From: Nitrospirota bacterium
GTDB lineage: Bacteria > Nitrospirota > Nitrospiria > 2-01-FULL-66-17
Direction: 5' to 3'
NCBI GenBank assembly: GCA_040757335.1
Contig: JBFLXB010000017.1
Coordinates: 4,472-68,471 of the forward strand
DNA: 64,000 nucleotides
Part shown: positions 38,662 to 47,332 of the stretch, piece after piece
Layout: every line of letters begins with the position of its first letter
How positions within the stretch are numbered: the first letter of the stretch is position 1
Notes under the pieces: generated by a model
Told to the model about the DNA's origin: nothing
What the model saw: the letters and a program-made list of their open reading frames with translations, nothing else
Database searches by the model: none
Made by a program: the position numbers and the translations under genes

Positions 38662-39798
38662 TCAGAAGCCTAACGTCCTCAACGGGATCACCGGCTCAAC
38701 GGTCGAGATGAGCGGATCGACCGCCGGTGCGAGCGTGGAGGTCAGCGGATCAACGACCGACGTCACGGTGGACGCCAAGGGATCAACAACCGGCGTCAGC
38801 GTCGAGGTGAGCGGATCGGTGGCCGAGGACACCGTGGTCGTGAGGGGCTCGACGACCGACGAGGTGGTGGAGGTCGACGTATCAACCGCGGTCTGAGTGG
38901 TGTTGGTCAACGTGTCGGTCGTGGACGACAGCGTGTCCGTGAGCGGATCGCTGGAGATGCGCACCGTCCCGAGGGACACGACGGATTGAAAATCCAGGGC
39001 TTGGTCCAAGGCGGGTTTGACCGCGGCGCGATCCGCGTCGCGCCAGGCATCGGCGGTCAAGGACAGCGTCGAATCGAGCGGCGGGGCAGCCGGGAACTCT
39101 TCCATCGTCCTGTTGGTCGACGACTCGCGGTCGAGGGACGCGGTGTCCACCGCGGAGCGATGGATATCGACTTCGTCCGGCCGGGTTCGTTCGTCCGGGA
39201 TCGGTAAGGCCGGCGTCAACCGCAGATCATCCAACGAGGTGTACTGCCCGCCGGCAACTAATTGGACGTCCGTGCCGTCCAGCCGGGAAGTGACTTCGAC
39301 AAGACCGTGCCACACATACACGGCTTCTTCGGTACCGGTGGAGGACACTTCAAACACCGTGCCCTTCACCCCGGCCACGATCGTCGGGGTTTGGACGGAA
39401 AAGGGAAGACGATCCTTGCGAGGCGTGACGTCGAATAGCGCACGTCCAGATTCCAACCACGGATGCCTCAACGGGTTGCTCGCGGTGGATGCCGGAGCCG
39501 GCACCGCGGGGATCCGAAGCAACGACGTTTCATACAGCATGACCTCGGCGCCGTCCAACTCGATTACGGCCTTCGACTTGGGGCCGGTGCGGACCGCGGA
39601 CCCCGGAGGCACTGCCGCCGGCGACGCCGCGGCGACCCACATACCAGTCGGCGTGCCGAGAATCTCCACGGTCCCTTTGGCCTTCACGATCCGCGCGTTT
39701 GGAGAGGCGGCTTGCGCCGCCCCCGCCACCAACAGCAGAACGACCGCTCCACCGACGAACCCAAGGGCGCTGCGTGCTGGGCTGCGATATGCGTCCAT
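38662..39798 (-). CDS. FecR-domain periplasmic protein with C-terminal 11-residue tandem repeats
   Basis: ORF 38662..39852. Start at ATG 39796-39798 (MDAYRS), with signal AGAAQAAS. Has a FecR-like core (KGTVEILG..GSAVRTGPKSKAVIELDG..GVKGTVFEV) and a repeat-rich tail. Confidence 0.7.
   Translation of the reverse strand: MDAYRSPARSALGFVGGAVVLLLVAGAAQAASPNARIVKAKGTVEILGTPTGMWVAAASPAAVPPGSAVRTGPKSKAVIELDGAEVMLYETSLLRIPAVPAPASTASNPLRHPWLESGRALFDVTPRKDRLPFSVQTPTIVAGVKGTVFEVSSTGTEEAVYVWHGLVEVTSRLDGTDVQLVAGGQYTSLDDLRLTPALPIPDERTRPDEVDIHRSAVDTASLDRESSTNRTMEEFPAAPPLDSTLSLTADAWRDADRAAVKPALDQALDFQSVVSLGTVRISSDPLTDTLSSTTDTLTNTTQTAVDTSTSTTSSVVEPLTTTVSSATDPLTSTLTPVVDPLASTVTSVVDPLTSTLAPAVDPLISTVEPVIPLRTLGF
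38686..38944 (-). repeat. about 8 tandem 33-nt (11-aa) repeats inside the FecR-like CDS
   Basis: The plus strand shows units ggatc(N28) of exactly 33 nt. They encode (V)VDPLTSTLxPx-type units (DPLTSTLTPVV, DPLASTVTSVV, DPLTSTLAPAV, DPLISTVEPVI). Confidence 0.85.
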
Positions 39799-39938
39799 AG
39801 CGAGTACCTCCTGAGGACGCAACCGCGCCTTCCGAGGAAATATTTCGTGCACAAGATGGTGCGAGGAGCGCGTTGTTCGCGAAGGTGCAGGAGGTTGTGA
39901 ACTCGATTCCTCACGTGGGTAACCGGCGACACAGGGAT

Positions 39939-42206
39939 TCAGGCGGCGCGGCGGTCGTTGAGTTCGCGCTCGATGTGGGCGCGAAGGTCGCTGAACACCT
40001 CATCCGGGATCGCCAAGAAAGTGTCGACGACCGCCGGATCGAACTGGCCCCCAGCGGCGTGCCGAATGTCGTCCACCACGCGTTCGATCGGCTGCGCTTT
40101 TCGATACGGACGGTTGCTCGTCAACGCGTCGTAGTAGTCGGCCACCGCGAAGATTCTCGCCCCCAGACAGATGGCGGGTCCGGCGAGCCCGTTCGGGTAG
40201 CCCGTGCCGTCGAACCGCTCGTGATGTTGCCGCACGATCGACGCGATCGCGTCGGGGATTTGGATCGTTTTGAGCATTCGGAAACCCGTTTCGGGATGCT
40301 CCCGCATGGTCACCCACTCTTCCTCCGTCAGTTTCCCTGGTTTTCGTAGGATGCGATCCGGCACCGCGATTTTGCCGATGTCGTGCAGCAACGCGCCCTG
40401 GGCGATGACCTCCGATTCGGTCCCCGCCAGGCCCATTCGGCGCGCCATCTCGCGCGCAAAGAGCGCCACGCGCTGGGAGTGGCCTCCGGTATCGTTGTCC
40501 TTGAAGTCGAGCGCGGTCGAAAACGCCTCCAGACTTCGGTGAAACAGCTTCCGGACGTCATCCAGCAAACGGCCGTTCTCGATGTTCAAGGCGGCCTGCG
40601 TGGCCAGCGTGAGCAACGTCTTGGCTTCGCTCTCGTGAAACGGAACCGCTCGCGTACGGTGGACCTGCAGAATGCCGATCACCCGGTTCTGGGCGACGAG
40701 CGGCACGAAGAGGCTGGCGCGCAGCGGAGGCGTCTCCGGCGCGCGGCCCGCGAGGACCAGATCGGTCGCGGTGAGGGGAAGGCCCGTGGTGCGAACGCGC
40801 GCCGCAAGGTCGTGGTAAAGGGGCGCAGGAATCGGCAGCGGTTCCCCGTCAACGGGACGCGATCGCCACTCGCGCGTGACGCCGTCTTCCGGCGTCCACA
40901 GCTCCACGGCCAGTCGATCCACTCCGAGCAGATGGCGCGCCTGCGCGAACAGTAGGTCGGTCAGGCGGTCGAGCGAGGCGCCCTCGCGGGTCTCGTCGCC
41001 CATCCGATACAAGGCCTCGATATTCTCGCGGTGGAATTCCAGGCGGCGCTCCGCGAACACGTACCCCGCGATGAGCGAGGTGACCACCTGCCCCGCCCCG
41101 GTGACCAGCAGCGGGACCACGTCGACCACCACCAGCGCCCCAAATGAAAAGACCGCCGAGACGACGATGGCGACGATGGTGAACGACCCTGCGAGCGAAA
41201 TGACCAGGGCGCGGCGCGTGACGTCCGCCTGCCGCCACACCCGGAGTGCGAGGAGCAGGCCCGTCCACCACAGCAGGATCGCCGACATCCACCCGAGAAC
41301 CCACACCGGCGGCAAACGCTGATGGCTTCTGCCGGATAAGATGGTGGCGATCGCGTTGGCCTGAATCTCGACGCCTGTCATCGCGCCGCGGAAGGGGGTG
41401 ACACGGAAATCCTGTAGATCAAGCGAGGTGGCGCCGACCAGGACGATCTTGTCGGTGAAACGGGACGCGGGAACAGCCCCCCGGAGGACGTCGACGAACG
41501 AAATGACCGGGACCGTCCCCGGCGCACCCATGAAGCGGATGAAGAAGTCGTCCGTCCTCCCGAGTTGGGCCTGGTGACCTCCGAGCTTCAGCGATCCACC
41601 GAAGCTGCTCCGGAGCGGAGGGTCCGGAGTGTCGAGGTACACACGGGCGGTCTGGACGGCAAAGCTCCATCCCTCCCTACCCAATAGGGGGGTCTCGATC
41701 GGGGCACGTCGAATCGCGCCGTCTGCGTCGATTGGCAGGTTGATCGATCCGACCGCGCGGGCGGCGTCCTGGAGCGCGGGATACGGGAGGCTGGCGTATT
41801 CGACGACGGCGCCGCCCTCAATGGCGCGGTGCTCTTGGAACGCCGCAAGCACGACCCGGTCAGAACGCGAGACCGCCCGTGTGAGGTCCGCGTCCTCCCG
41901 GCGCGTCCGGGGCGTGCTGAAATCGACGTCAAAGGCGATGACGCGCGCGCGGGCGCGCGTGAGACGATCGACCAGGTCGGCATGAACGCTTCGCGACCAC
42001 GGCCACGCGGCGAGCGCTTTGAGGCTGGGGCTGTCGATGCCGACGATCACGATGTCTTGGCGGGGGGGGGCGGGTTTCGCGCGAAGCCGCCAGTCGTAGG
42101 TGATCAGTTCGAGGCGCTCGAACGCGCTCAACGCAAACAGCGCGGCGACCACGACGGCCCACGCCGCGCCTGCGATACGCTCCCACACCCAGATACTTCG
42201 GTTCAT
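39939..42206 (-). CDS. CHASE2 sensor - GAF - HD-GYP phosphodiesterase
   Basis: 755 aa. The N-terminal periplasmic CHASE2-like region lies between TM helices. There is a GAF-like segment, then the HD-GYP domain: HSQRVALFAREMARRMGL..GALLHDIGKIAVPD..HHERFDGTGYPNGL. Confidence 0.85.
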   Translation of the reverse strand: MNRSIWVWERIAGAAWAVVVAALFALSAFERLELITYDWRLRAKPAPPRQDIVIVGIDSPSLKALAAWPWSRSVHADLVDRLTRARARVIAFDVDFSTPRTRREDADLTRAVSRSDRVVLAAFQEHRAIEGGAVVEYASLPYPALQDAARAVGSINLPIDADGAIRRAPIETPLLGREGWSFAVQTARVYLDTPDPPLRSSFGGSLKLGGHQAQLGRTDDFFIRFMGAPGTVPVISFVDVLRGAVPASRFTDKIVLVGATSLDLQDFRVTPFRGAMTGVEIQANAIATILSGRSHQRLPPVWVLGWMSAILLWWTGLLLALRVWRQADVTRRALVISLAGSFTIVAIVVSAVFSFGALVVVDVVPLLVTGAGQVVTSLIAGYVFAERRLEFHRENIEALYRMGDETREGASLDRLTDLLFAQARHLLGVDRLAVELWTPEDGVTREWRSRPVDGEPLPIPAPLYHDLAARVRTTGLPLTATDLVLAGRAPETPPLRASLFVPLVAQNRVIGILQVHRTRAVPFHESEAKTLLTLATQAALNIENGRLLDDVRKLFHRSLEAFSTALDFKDNDTGGHSQRVALFAREMARRMGLAGTESEVIAQGALLHDIGKIAVPDRILRKPGKLTEEEWVTMREHPETGFRMLKTIQIPDAIASIVRQHHERFDGTGYPNGLAGPAICLGARIFAVADYYDALTSNRPYRKAQPIERVVDDIRHAAGGQFDPAVVDTFLAIPDEVFSDLRAHIERELNDRRAA

Positions 42207-42474
42207 CAGGCTCCTCGATACCCGAGGAGTCTAACAAGGCGGCGGGTCCTGTAAAGGCGGCAACCCGCGGTGAGGGGTGCGACGCTCGGCGCCGCGGCAA
42301 TGACGGGCGGACTAACGCAGGGAGCGCGCGGAGGTTACCGCGAGAAACAAGAGGAACGGATGGACCAGGAACATCGTGGACCGAGACCGTCAGGCGGAGG
42401 ATCCGGGGAGCGTTTCATGGTCGGCTCGCGACCGGTCGGTCACGACCGGACCGCGTTGCAGCCGGACGTGCTTG

Positions 42475-42843
42475 CTACGCGACCTGCTCCCCGGGTGGTT
42501 CCGACGGAGAACTCTTTTGCGCAGACCGTCGCGCTTTCCCGCCCTTACGACCCGCGATGCGGGCTTCTTCGGGCGTGAACTCGTGAGCGGTACCCCGTCG
42601 GTGAGCGGCTTCGCCCCCTTTGCGGCCGGCGACGCGGGCTTCTTCGGGCGTGAACTCGTGAGCGGTACCCCGTCGGTGAGCGGCTTCGCCGCCCTTGCGG
42701 CCGGCCTGGCGGGCTTCGTCGGAACTAAACTCGTGCGCCGTTCCCTTCTCATGCGCGGCTTTGCCGCCGCGACTCGCAATCTCCCGCTGCTTGACGGCGT
42801 CCATCGCGGCAAACCCTCGTCGGCTCTTGGGAAGTTCGGGCAT
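42475..42843 (-). CDS. KGG-repeat general stress protein
   Basis: 122 aa starting at ATG 42841-42843, with RBS AAGGAGG. Has three units of the type EARxAGRKGGEAAHRRGTAHEF(T/S). Confidence 0.8.
   Translation of the reverse strand: MPELPKSRRGFAAMDAVKQREIASRGGKAAHEKGTAHEFSSDEARQAGRKGGEAAHRRGTAHEFTPEEARVAGRKGGEAAHRRGTAHEFTPEEARIAGRKGGKARRSAQKSSPSEPPGEQVA
42559..42765 (-). repeat. three tandem 75-bp units (25 aa) in the KGG stress protein gene; the first two share an identical 57-nt core
   Basis: gcgggcttcttcgggcgtgaactcgtgagcggtaccccgtcggtgagcggcttcgcc occurs at 42559-42615 and again, identical, at 42634-42690. A diverged third unit starts at 42709. Confidence 0.9.
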
Positions 42844-42911
42844 GGCGTGTTCCTCCTTGTGTGAAATGAAACGACCCGTAACCAGGATCCAATGGGGAGG
42901 AATGTAAGGGG

Positions 42912-42941
42912 ATGATATGAACCCCGTTGAGCCCGTGTCAA
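42912..42941 (-). promoter_or_regulatory. near-consensus sigma70-type promoter of the KGG stress gene (TTGACA-N18-TATCAT)
   Basis: The minus strand reads TTGACAcgggctcaacggggttcaTATCAT, ending ~68 nt upstream of the ATG. Confidence 0.45.
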
Positions 42942-42959
42942 GGTATGCAGGTCGATCCG

Positions 42960-43877
42960 CTAGAACGGGACCTGACCCGCGCGAAGTTTGACCAGCGCGG
43001 ATTTCACGTACTCGGCGTCGTCGCTGCCTGGGGGCAGGTTCTGGGATGCCGTGCTCCAGGCCTCCTCGGTCTCGCGGTATCGCTTGAGATACCATAGCGC
43101 AATGCCTCGGTACCAGTTCACGGCGGGTTCCATAGGCACGTTGATCAATGCCCGGTCAAAGTGCCCCAGCGCGGTCTTGAACAGCTCGGGATCGTCGAAT
43201 TTCCTGGTGTTGATCAGGATCACGCCAAGGTTGTAGTGGGCTTCGTGGTTGCGGGGTTCCAACTCCAGGACTTTAGTCCAAGCCTGGGCGGCGTCCGTAA
43301 ACCGTTCGAGGGCCATGTACGAGCGCCCGGCCATGATCTGACCTTCGAGGTCGTCGGGGTTGGCGCGAAGCCTTGCCTCAAGCCGCGCCACCATCTGACG
43401 CGGGTCGGGCATCCCGGGGGCTCCGGCTTGGGCGCTGACCGCGGCTAGTTTCTGCACCTGCTGCCACTGGATGTAGGCGTAGATTCCCGATGCCCCGATC
43501 AACACCAGCGCCGCGGGCACGACCGCGGTCACCCAGGCGCGAGCGCCGGGGCGGGCGACCCGCGCCGTGATGTCCGGCGGGACGGGGGTGCTCCCGGCAA
43601 GCGCCTCCAAGCGGTCGAGAATCTGCAGGAGCCGTCGCTCGTCCGTGGTTTTGAGTCTCGCGTAGTCGGTGTCGGTCAGGCGTCCCTGGCCGTGTTCCAC
43701 CTCGAGTTCTTTCAACGAACGAATCAACGCTTCACGTTCGATACCAAGGTCGATTTGTTCCTGATCCTGGTCCGCGTCGTATCCAACGTGAATGGGCTCA
43801 GGATCCCGTCGCCAGAACGGCAGCGCGAGTGCGGTCAGCACAAGCGCGAGCAACACACCGACGACGAGGAAAAACAT
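42960..43877 (-). CDS. ccmI: c-type cytochrome biogenesis protein CcmI (CycH), TPR-containing
   Basis: 305 aa with an N-terminal TM (MFFLVVGVLLALVLTALALPFW), a second TM and C-terminal TPRs. It follows ccmH. Confidence 0.75.
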   Translation of the reverse strand: MFFLVVGVLLALVLTALALPFWRRDPEPIHVGYDADQDQEQIDLGIEREALIRSLKELEVEHGQGRLTDTDYARLKTTDERRLLQILDRLEALAGSTPVPPDITARVARPGARAWVTAVVPAALVLIGASGIYAYIQWQQVQKLAAVSAQAGAPGMPDPRQMVARLEARLRANPDDLEGQIMAGRSYMALERFTDAAQAWTKVLELEPRNHEAHYNLGVILINTRKFDDPELFKTALGHFDRALINVPMEPAVNWYRGIALWYLKRYRETEEAWSTASQNLPPGSDDAEYVKSALVKLRAGQVPF

Positions 43878-43893
43878 CAGGAGGGATTCGTGA

Positions 43894-44355
43894 TCACGAG
43901 CGCAGTTCGCGCTCGATGCGTTGTCGCGAGGCGTCGTCGAGCGGCTCGGCGGGAGGGGGAAGCGACGGCGTGACCCAGCGCGCCAGCGATCGATACAGGA
44001 TCAGTCCCCCGACGAACAACAGGACGAACGGGCCGACCCACACGATCCAGTTCACCCCCCGTGTGGGCGGTTGCATCAGGATATAATCGCCGTAGCGGCT
44101 CAGGAAATAGGCGCGGATCTCGTCGGGAGTTTGGCCCTGCTGCAGCCGTTCCCTGATTGCGTCGCGGACCTGGCCTGCAAACGGCGACCCGGACTCCCAG
44201 ACGGTTTCGGTCTGGCACACGGTGCAGCGGAGCGTCTTGGCCACTTCTCTGGTCCGGGTGTCGAGATCGCTTTCATCCACGGTGGCGGCGAGTACGGACG
44301 CCGCCACCGCCAGCGCGCCCGCGACCGCCCATGCGCTTCGCCACGGGATCAACAC
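43894..44355 (-). CDS. ccmH: cytochrome c-type biogenesis protein CcmH
   Basis: 153 aa with LRCTVCQTETVWESGSPFA (LRCxxCQ motif) and a C-terminal TM. Confidence 0.88.
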   Translation of the reverse strand: MLIPWRSAWAVAGALAVAASVLAATVDESDLDTRTREVAKTLRCTVCQTETVWESGSPFAGQVRDAIRERLQQGQTPDEIRAYFLSRYGDYILMQPPTRGVNWIVWVGPFVLLFVGGLILYRSLARWVTPSLPPPAEPLDDASRQRIERELRS

Positions 44356-44909
44356 CCGACCTGCTCCGGGGAGCCGCTGAGGAGCGCAGGCAACACCCGT
44401 TGAACATAGTTGTCGTACACCGCCCCCACGATCGGGCCGATGGTTTTACAGCGGATCACGCCCTGCTGATCGATCAGAAAGGTTTCGGGGACGCCGTACA
44501 CCCCGTAGTCGAACGCAATCGCGCCTTTGACATCCCGCACATGCTGGAAATTCGATCCGTAGGTTCGGAGGTACTCGAGGGCGTCCGGCTCCTTATCTTG
44601 GTAGTTGACGCCCAACATCACGAAGTTCGGATCCCGACCGAACCGCTCGTTGAGCGCGAGGAGGTTGTTGTGTTCCAATTTGCATTCCAGGCACCAGGAC
44701 GCCCAGAAGTTCAGCAACACCACCTTCCCTTTGAATTGGTCCAGCGAGAGCGAGTCGCTCGATCCCACCTGCGGGGCCGCGAACACCGGTGCCGGTGTGC
44801 CGATCAGGATCGTGGGGATGTACCGGGGATTGCCCCACAATCCTTGATAGAACAGCGCGAACAGGCCGAGTAAGGCGCCGACCAGGATGATCTGCCACGC
44901 CCGCGTCAT
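44349..44909 (-). CDS. ccmG: thiol:disulfide interchange protein CcmG/DsbE
   Basis: ORF 44349..44984. Start at ATG 44907-44909 (ATGA overlap with the ccmF stop). Contains KVVLLNFWASWCLECKLEH and GVYGVPETFLID. Confidence 0.88.
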   Translation of the reverse strand: MTRAWQIILVGALLGLFALFYQGLWGNPRYIPTILIGTPAPVFAAPQVGSSDSLSLDQFKGKVVLLNFWASWCLECKLEHNNLLALNERFGRDPNFVMLGVNYQDKEPDALEYLRTYGSNFQHVRDVKGAIAFDYGVYGVPETFLIDQQGVIRCKTIGPIVGAVYDNYVQRVLPALLSGSPEQVGC

Positions 44910-46855
44910 TCGTCGCGCCTCCGTGGGCGAAACATGTTGAGCAAAATGCCCAGTCCCATGATCCCGCCCCCGCCCCACACCCATAAAATGAGCGGGTTGA
45001 TGACGCCGCGCGCCGTGGCGCTGCCTTCGGGGGAAACCTCGGGCATGGTGAGGAACACGTGGCCCATGTTGATCGCGTAAATCGCGGACTCGGTGGTGGG
45101 GCTCTGCGTGGCCTCGTACACGCGTTTCTGGGGCTTGAGCTCGGTCAGCAGGTCCTCGCCGCGGTACAGTTCGAATCGGCCTTCTTTGGCGGTCCAGTTC
45201 GGTCCGCGGACGTCGTGGATACCGGCCAACTTCACGCGGTAGTCGCCCAGAACGAACTCATCGCCGACCCGCACGGAAACCACCTTTTCGGTCTGGTATA
45301 CGGTGGAAGCGATGATCCCCACCACCGTGACGAGGACGCCCACGTGCGTCACCGTGCCGGCGTAGCGCCGTTGATTGTTGCGAAACGCCCGGTAGAACCC
45401 CCGCACATAGTCCACGCGATCGCGCCGCGCGAAGAACGCCGAGACCTTGCCAATGTCCGCCAGAATCGTGGACCCCGCGAATCCGACCACGAACGCGCCC
45501 GCAAGGGAGAAGGGGCTCCGAAATCCGAGTGCAAAGGCCGCGAGCGTGACCACCAGTGCGACGATCAGGGGAGTGAGGAAATTTCGCTTGAGGTTGTCGA
45601 CCGATGCTTTGCGCCACGCAATGTACGGACCCACACCCATGAGAAACAACAAGCCCAGTGCGATCGGCATGAACACCGCATTGTAGTACGGCGGCCCCAC
45701 CGTAACCTTGGCGCCTTTCCAGGTCTCGATCATCAGGGGGTACAGCGTGCCCAAGAATACCGTGGCCGCGGCGACCAAAAAAAACAGGTTATTGAACAGG
45801 AACACCGACTCGCGCGACACCACCGAATCCAGTTCGATCCGGCTTTTGAGCTTGGGGGCCCGGACGATCAAGGTCCCGAACGCCGTGCCCAGCACCGCAC
45901 CGAGGAAAATCAGGATGTACAGCCCGCGCTCGGGATCGGTGGCAAACGTGTGGACCGAGGTCAGGACGCCGGAGCGCACCAGAAACGTGCCGATCAATGA
46001 GAGTGAAAACGTCACGATGACCAGGAACAGGTTCCACACTTTGAACATTTTCCGCTTTTCCTGCACCATCACCGAATGCAGGAAGGCCGTGCCCACCAGC
46101 CACGGCATGAACGAGGCGTTCTCCACCGGGTCCCACCCCCAGTATCCGCCCCAGCCCAGCTCGTAGTACGCCCAGTACCCCCCCATCATGATGCCGATGG
46201 TCAGGCACAACCAGGCGAAGATCGTCCAGCGCTGGGTGACCTTGATCCACTCCTCACCCAGTCGACCGGAAAAGAGCGCGGCCATCGCGAACGCAAAGGG
46301 GATGGAGAACCCCACGTAGCCCATATAGAGCATGGGCGGATGCATGGTCATCGCGGGGTCCTGCAGCAGCGGGTTGAGGTCCTTGCCGTCCAGCGGCGGG
46401 GGGAACACGCGCTCGAAGGGGCTCGACAGAAAGACGATCAACATGAGGAATCCGAACATCACCGCGGATTCCACCGCAATCAAGTACGGCATGATCGCGG
46501 GTTGGGTGCGCCAGTGCAACCACACCGCGACCGTGCTGAACGCCGAAAGGATGAACACCCACAGCAACAAAGAGCCTTCATGGCCGCCCCACAACGCGGC
46601 AATCGTGTAGAAGAGCGGCAGCTTGGAGTTGGAGGTAGACGCCACGTAGGCTACCGAGAAATCCCGCGTCAGATACGCGTATTCCAGCGACGCGATGCCG
46701 GCCGCGAGCAGCACGAAGATCAAGGTGAGCGCCTGGCGGGACACGCGGAGCCAGTCGGCATTTTTCGTGCGCAGCGCGACCAGCGGGGCGAACACGCCGA
46801 GGACGGACAGGACCAGGGCGATGATGACGGAAAAATGTCCGAGCTCGACGATCAT
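44906..46855 (-). CDS. ccmF: cytochrome c heme lyase subunit CcmF
   Basis: 649 aa, polytopic, with the WGGYWGWDPVENASFMPW tryptophan-rich motif. Confidence 0.95.
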   Translation of the reverse strand: MIVELGHFSVIIALVLSVLGVFAPLVALRTKNADWLRVSRQALTLIFVLLAAGIASLEYAYLTRDFSVAYVASTSNSKLPLFYTIAALWGGHEGSLLLWVFILSAFSTVAVWLHWRTQPAIMPYLIAVESAVMFGFLMLIVFLSSPFERVFPPPLDGKDLNPLLQDPAMTMHPPMLYMGYVGFSIPFAFAMAALFSGRLGEEWIKVTQRWTIFAWLCLTIGIMMGGYWAYYELGWGGYWGWDPVENASFMPWLVGTAFLHSVMVQEKRKMFKVWNLFLVIVTFSLSLIGTFLVRSGVLTSVHTFATDPERGLYILIFLGAVLGTAFGTLIVRAPKLKSRIELDSVVSRESVFLFNNLFFLVAAATVFLGTLYPLMIETWKGAKVTVGPPYYNAVFMPIALGLLFLMGVGPYIAWRKASVDNLKRNFLTPLIVALVVTLAAFALGFRSPFSLAGAFVVGFAGSTILADIGKVSAFFARRDRVDYVRGFYRAFRNNQRRYAGTVTHVGVLVTVVGIIASTVYQTEKVVSVRVGDEFVLGDYRVKLAGIHDVRGPNWTAKEGRFELYRGEDLLTELKPQKRVYEATQSPTTESAIYAINMGHVFLTMPEVSPEGSATARGVINPLILWVWGGGGIMGLGILLNMFRPRRRDE

Positions 46856-46876
46856 GGGACGCGACCTTGCACCCGG

Positions 46877-47332
46877 CTAAGGCCGGAGGGTCTGGAGGAG
46901 ATCCTTCTTGGGGAGTTCTATTCCGGCGCGTTTGAGGTCGATCGGCATGTAGTCCTCGGAGTGTTTCGCCATGATCATGGTGGAGTGAAACTCTTTGGTC
47001 GGAGTCCATACTCCTTCCACCACCGCGCCCTGCCCTTCCTTGAACAAATCAGGAGGGATGCCCTCGAACGTCACGGGAATCGTCGCCGCCCCGTCGGTGA
47101 GCGCGAACGTCATCCCTACGGTCTCGGTCCGAGACTTCAGGCTTCCTTTGACGACCATTCCGCCGACCCGAACCTTCTTGTTATAGTGGGCCGGCGAGAA
47201 CGCCGACACTTCCGACGGGGTGAAAAAGTAGACCAGGTTCTCGCCGAAATTGCCGAGCGCCAGGTACCCGAGTGCGCCGGCGACCAGCGCGAGGCTGACG
47301 AACAGTCCGATTTGTTTACCGCGGGTCCACAT
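46877..47332 (-). CDS. ccmE: cytochrome c maturation heme chaperone CcmE (canonical HxxxY)
   Basis: Start at ATG 47330-47332 (MWTRGKQIGLFVSL). Contains FFTPSEV, RVGGMVVKGS, GIPPDLFKEGQGAVVEG and AKHSEDYMP. Confidence 0.9.
   Translation of the reverse strand: MWTRGKQIGLFVSLALVAGALGYLALGNFGENLVYFFTPSEVSAFSPAHYNKKVRVGGMVVKGSLKSRTETVGMTFALTDGAATIPVTFEGIPPDLFKEGQGAVVEGVWTPTKEFHSTMIMAKHSEDYMPIDLKRAGIELPKKDLLQTLRP

Noticed and set aside
42376-42941. Alternative-frame ORFs 42376..42864 (+) and 42390..42941 (-) over the KGG gene
   Set aside because: Only the 42475..42843 minus frame gives the KGG/GTAHEF repeat protein and has a strong RBS. The other frames are kept open by the internal DNA repeats.
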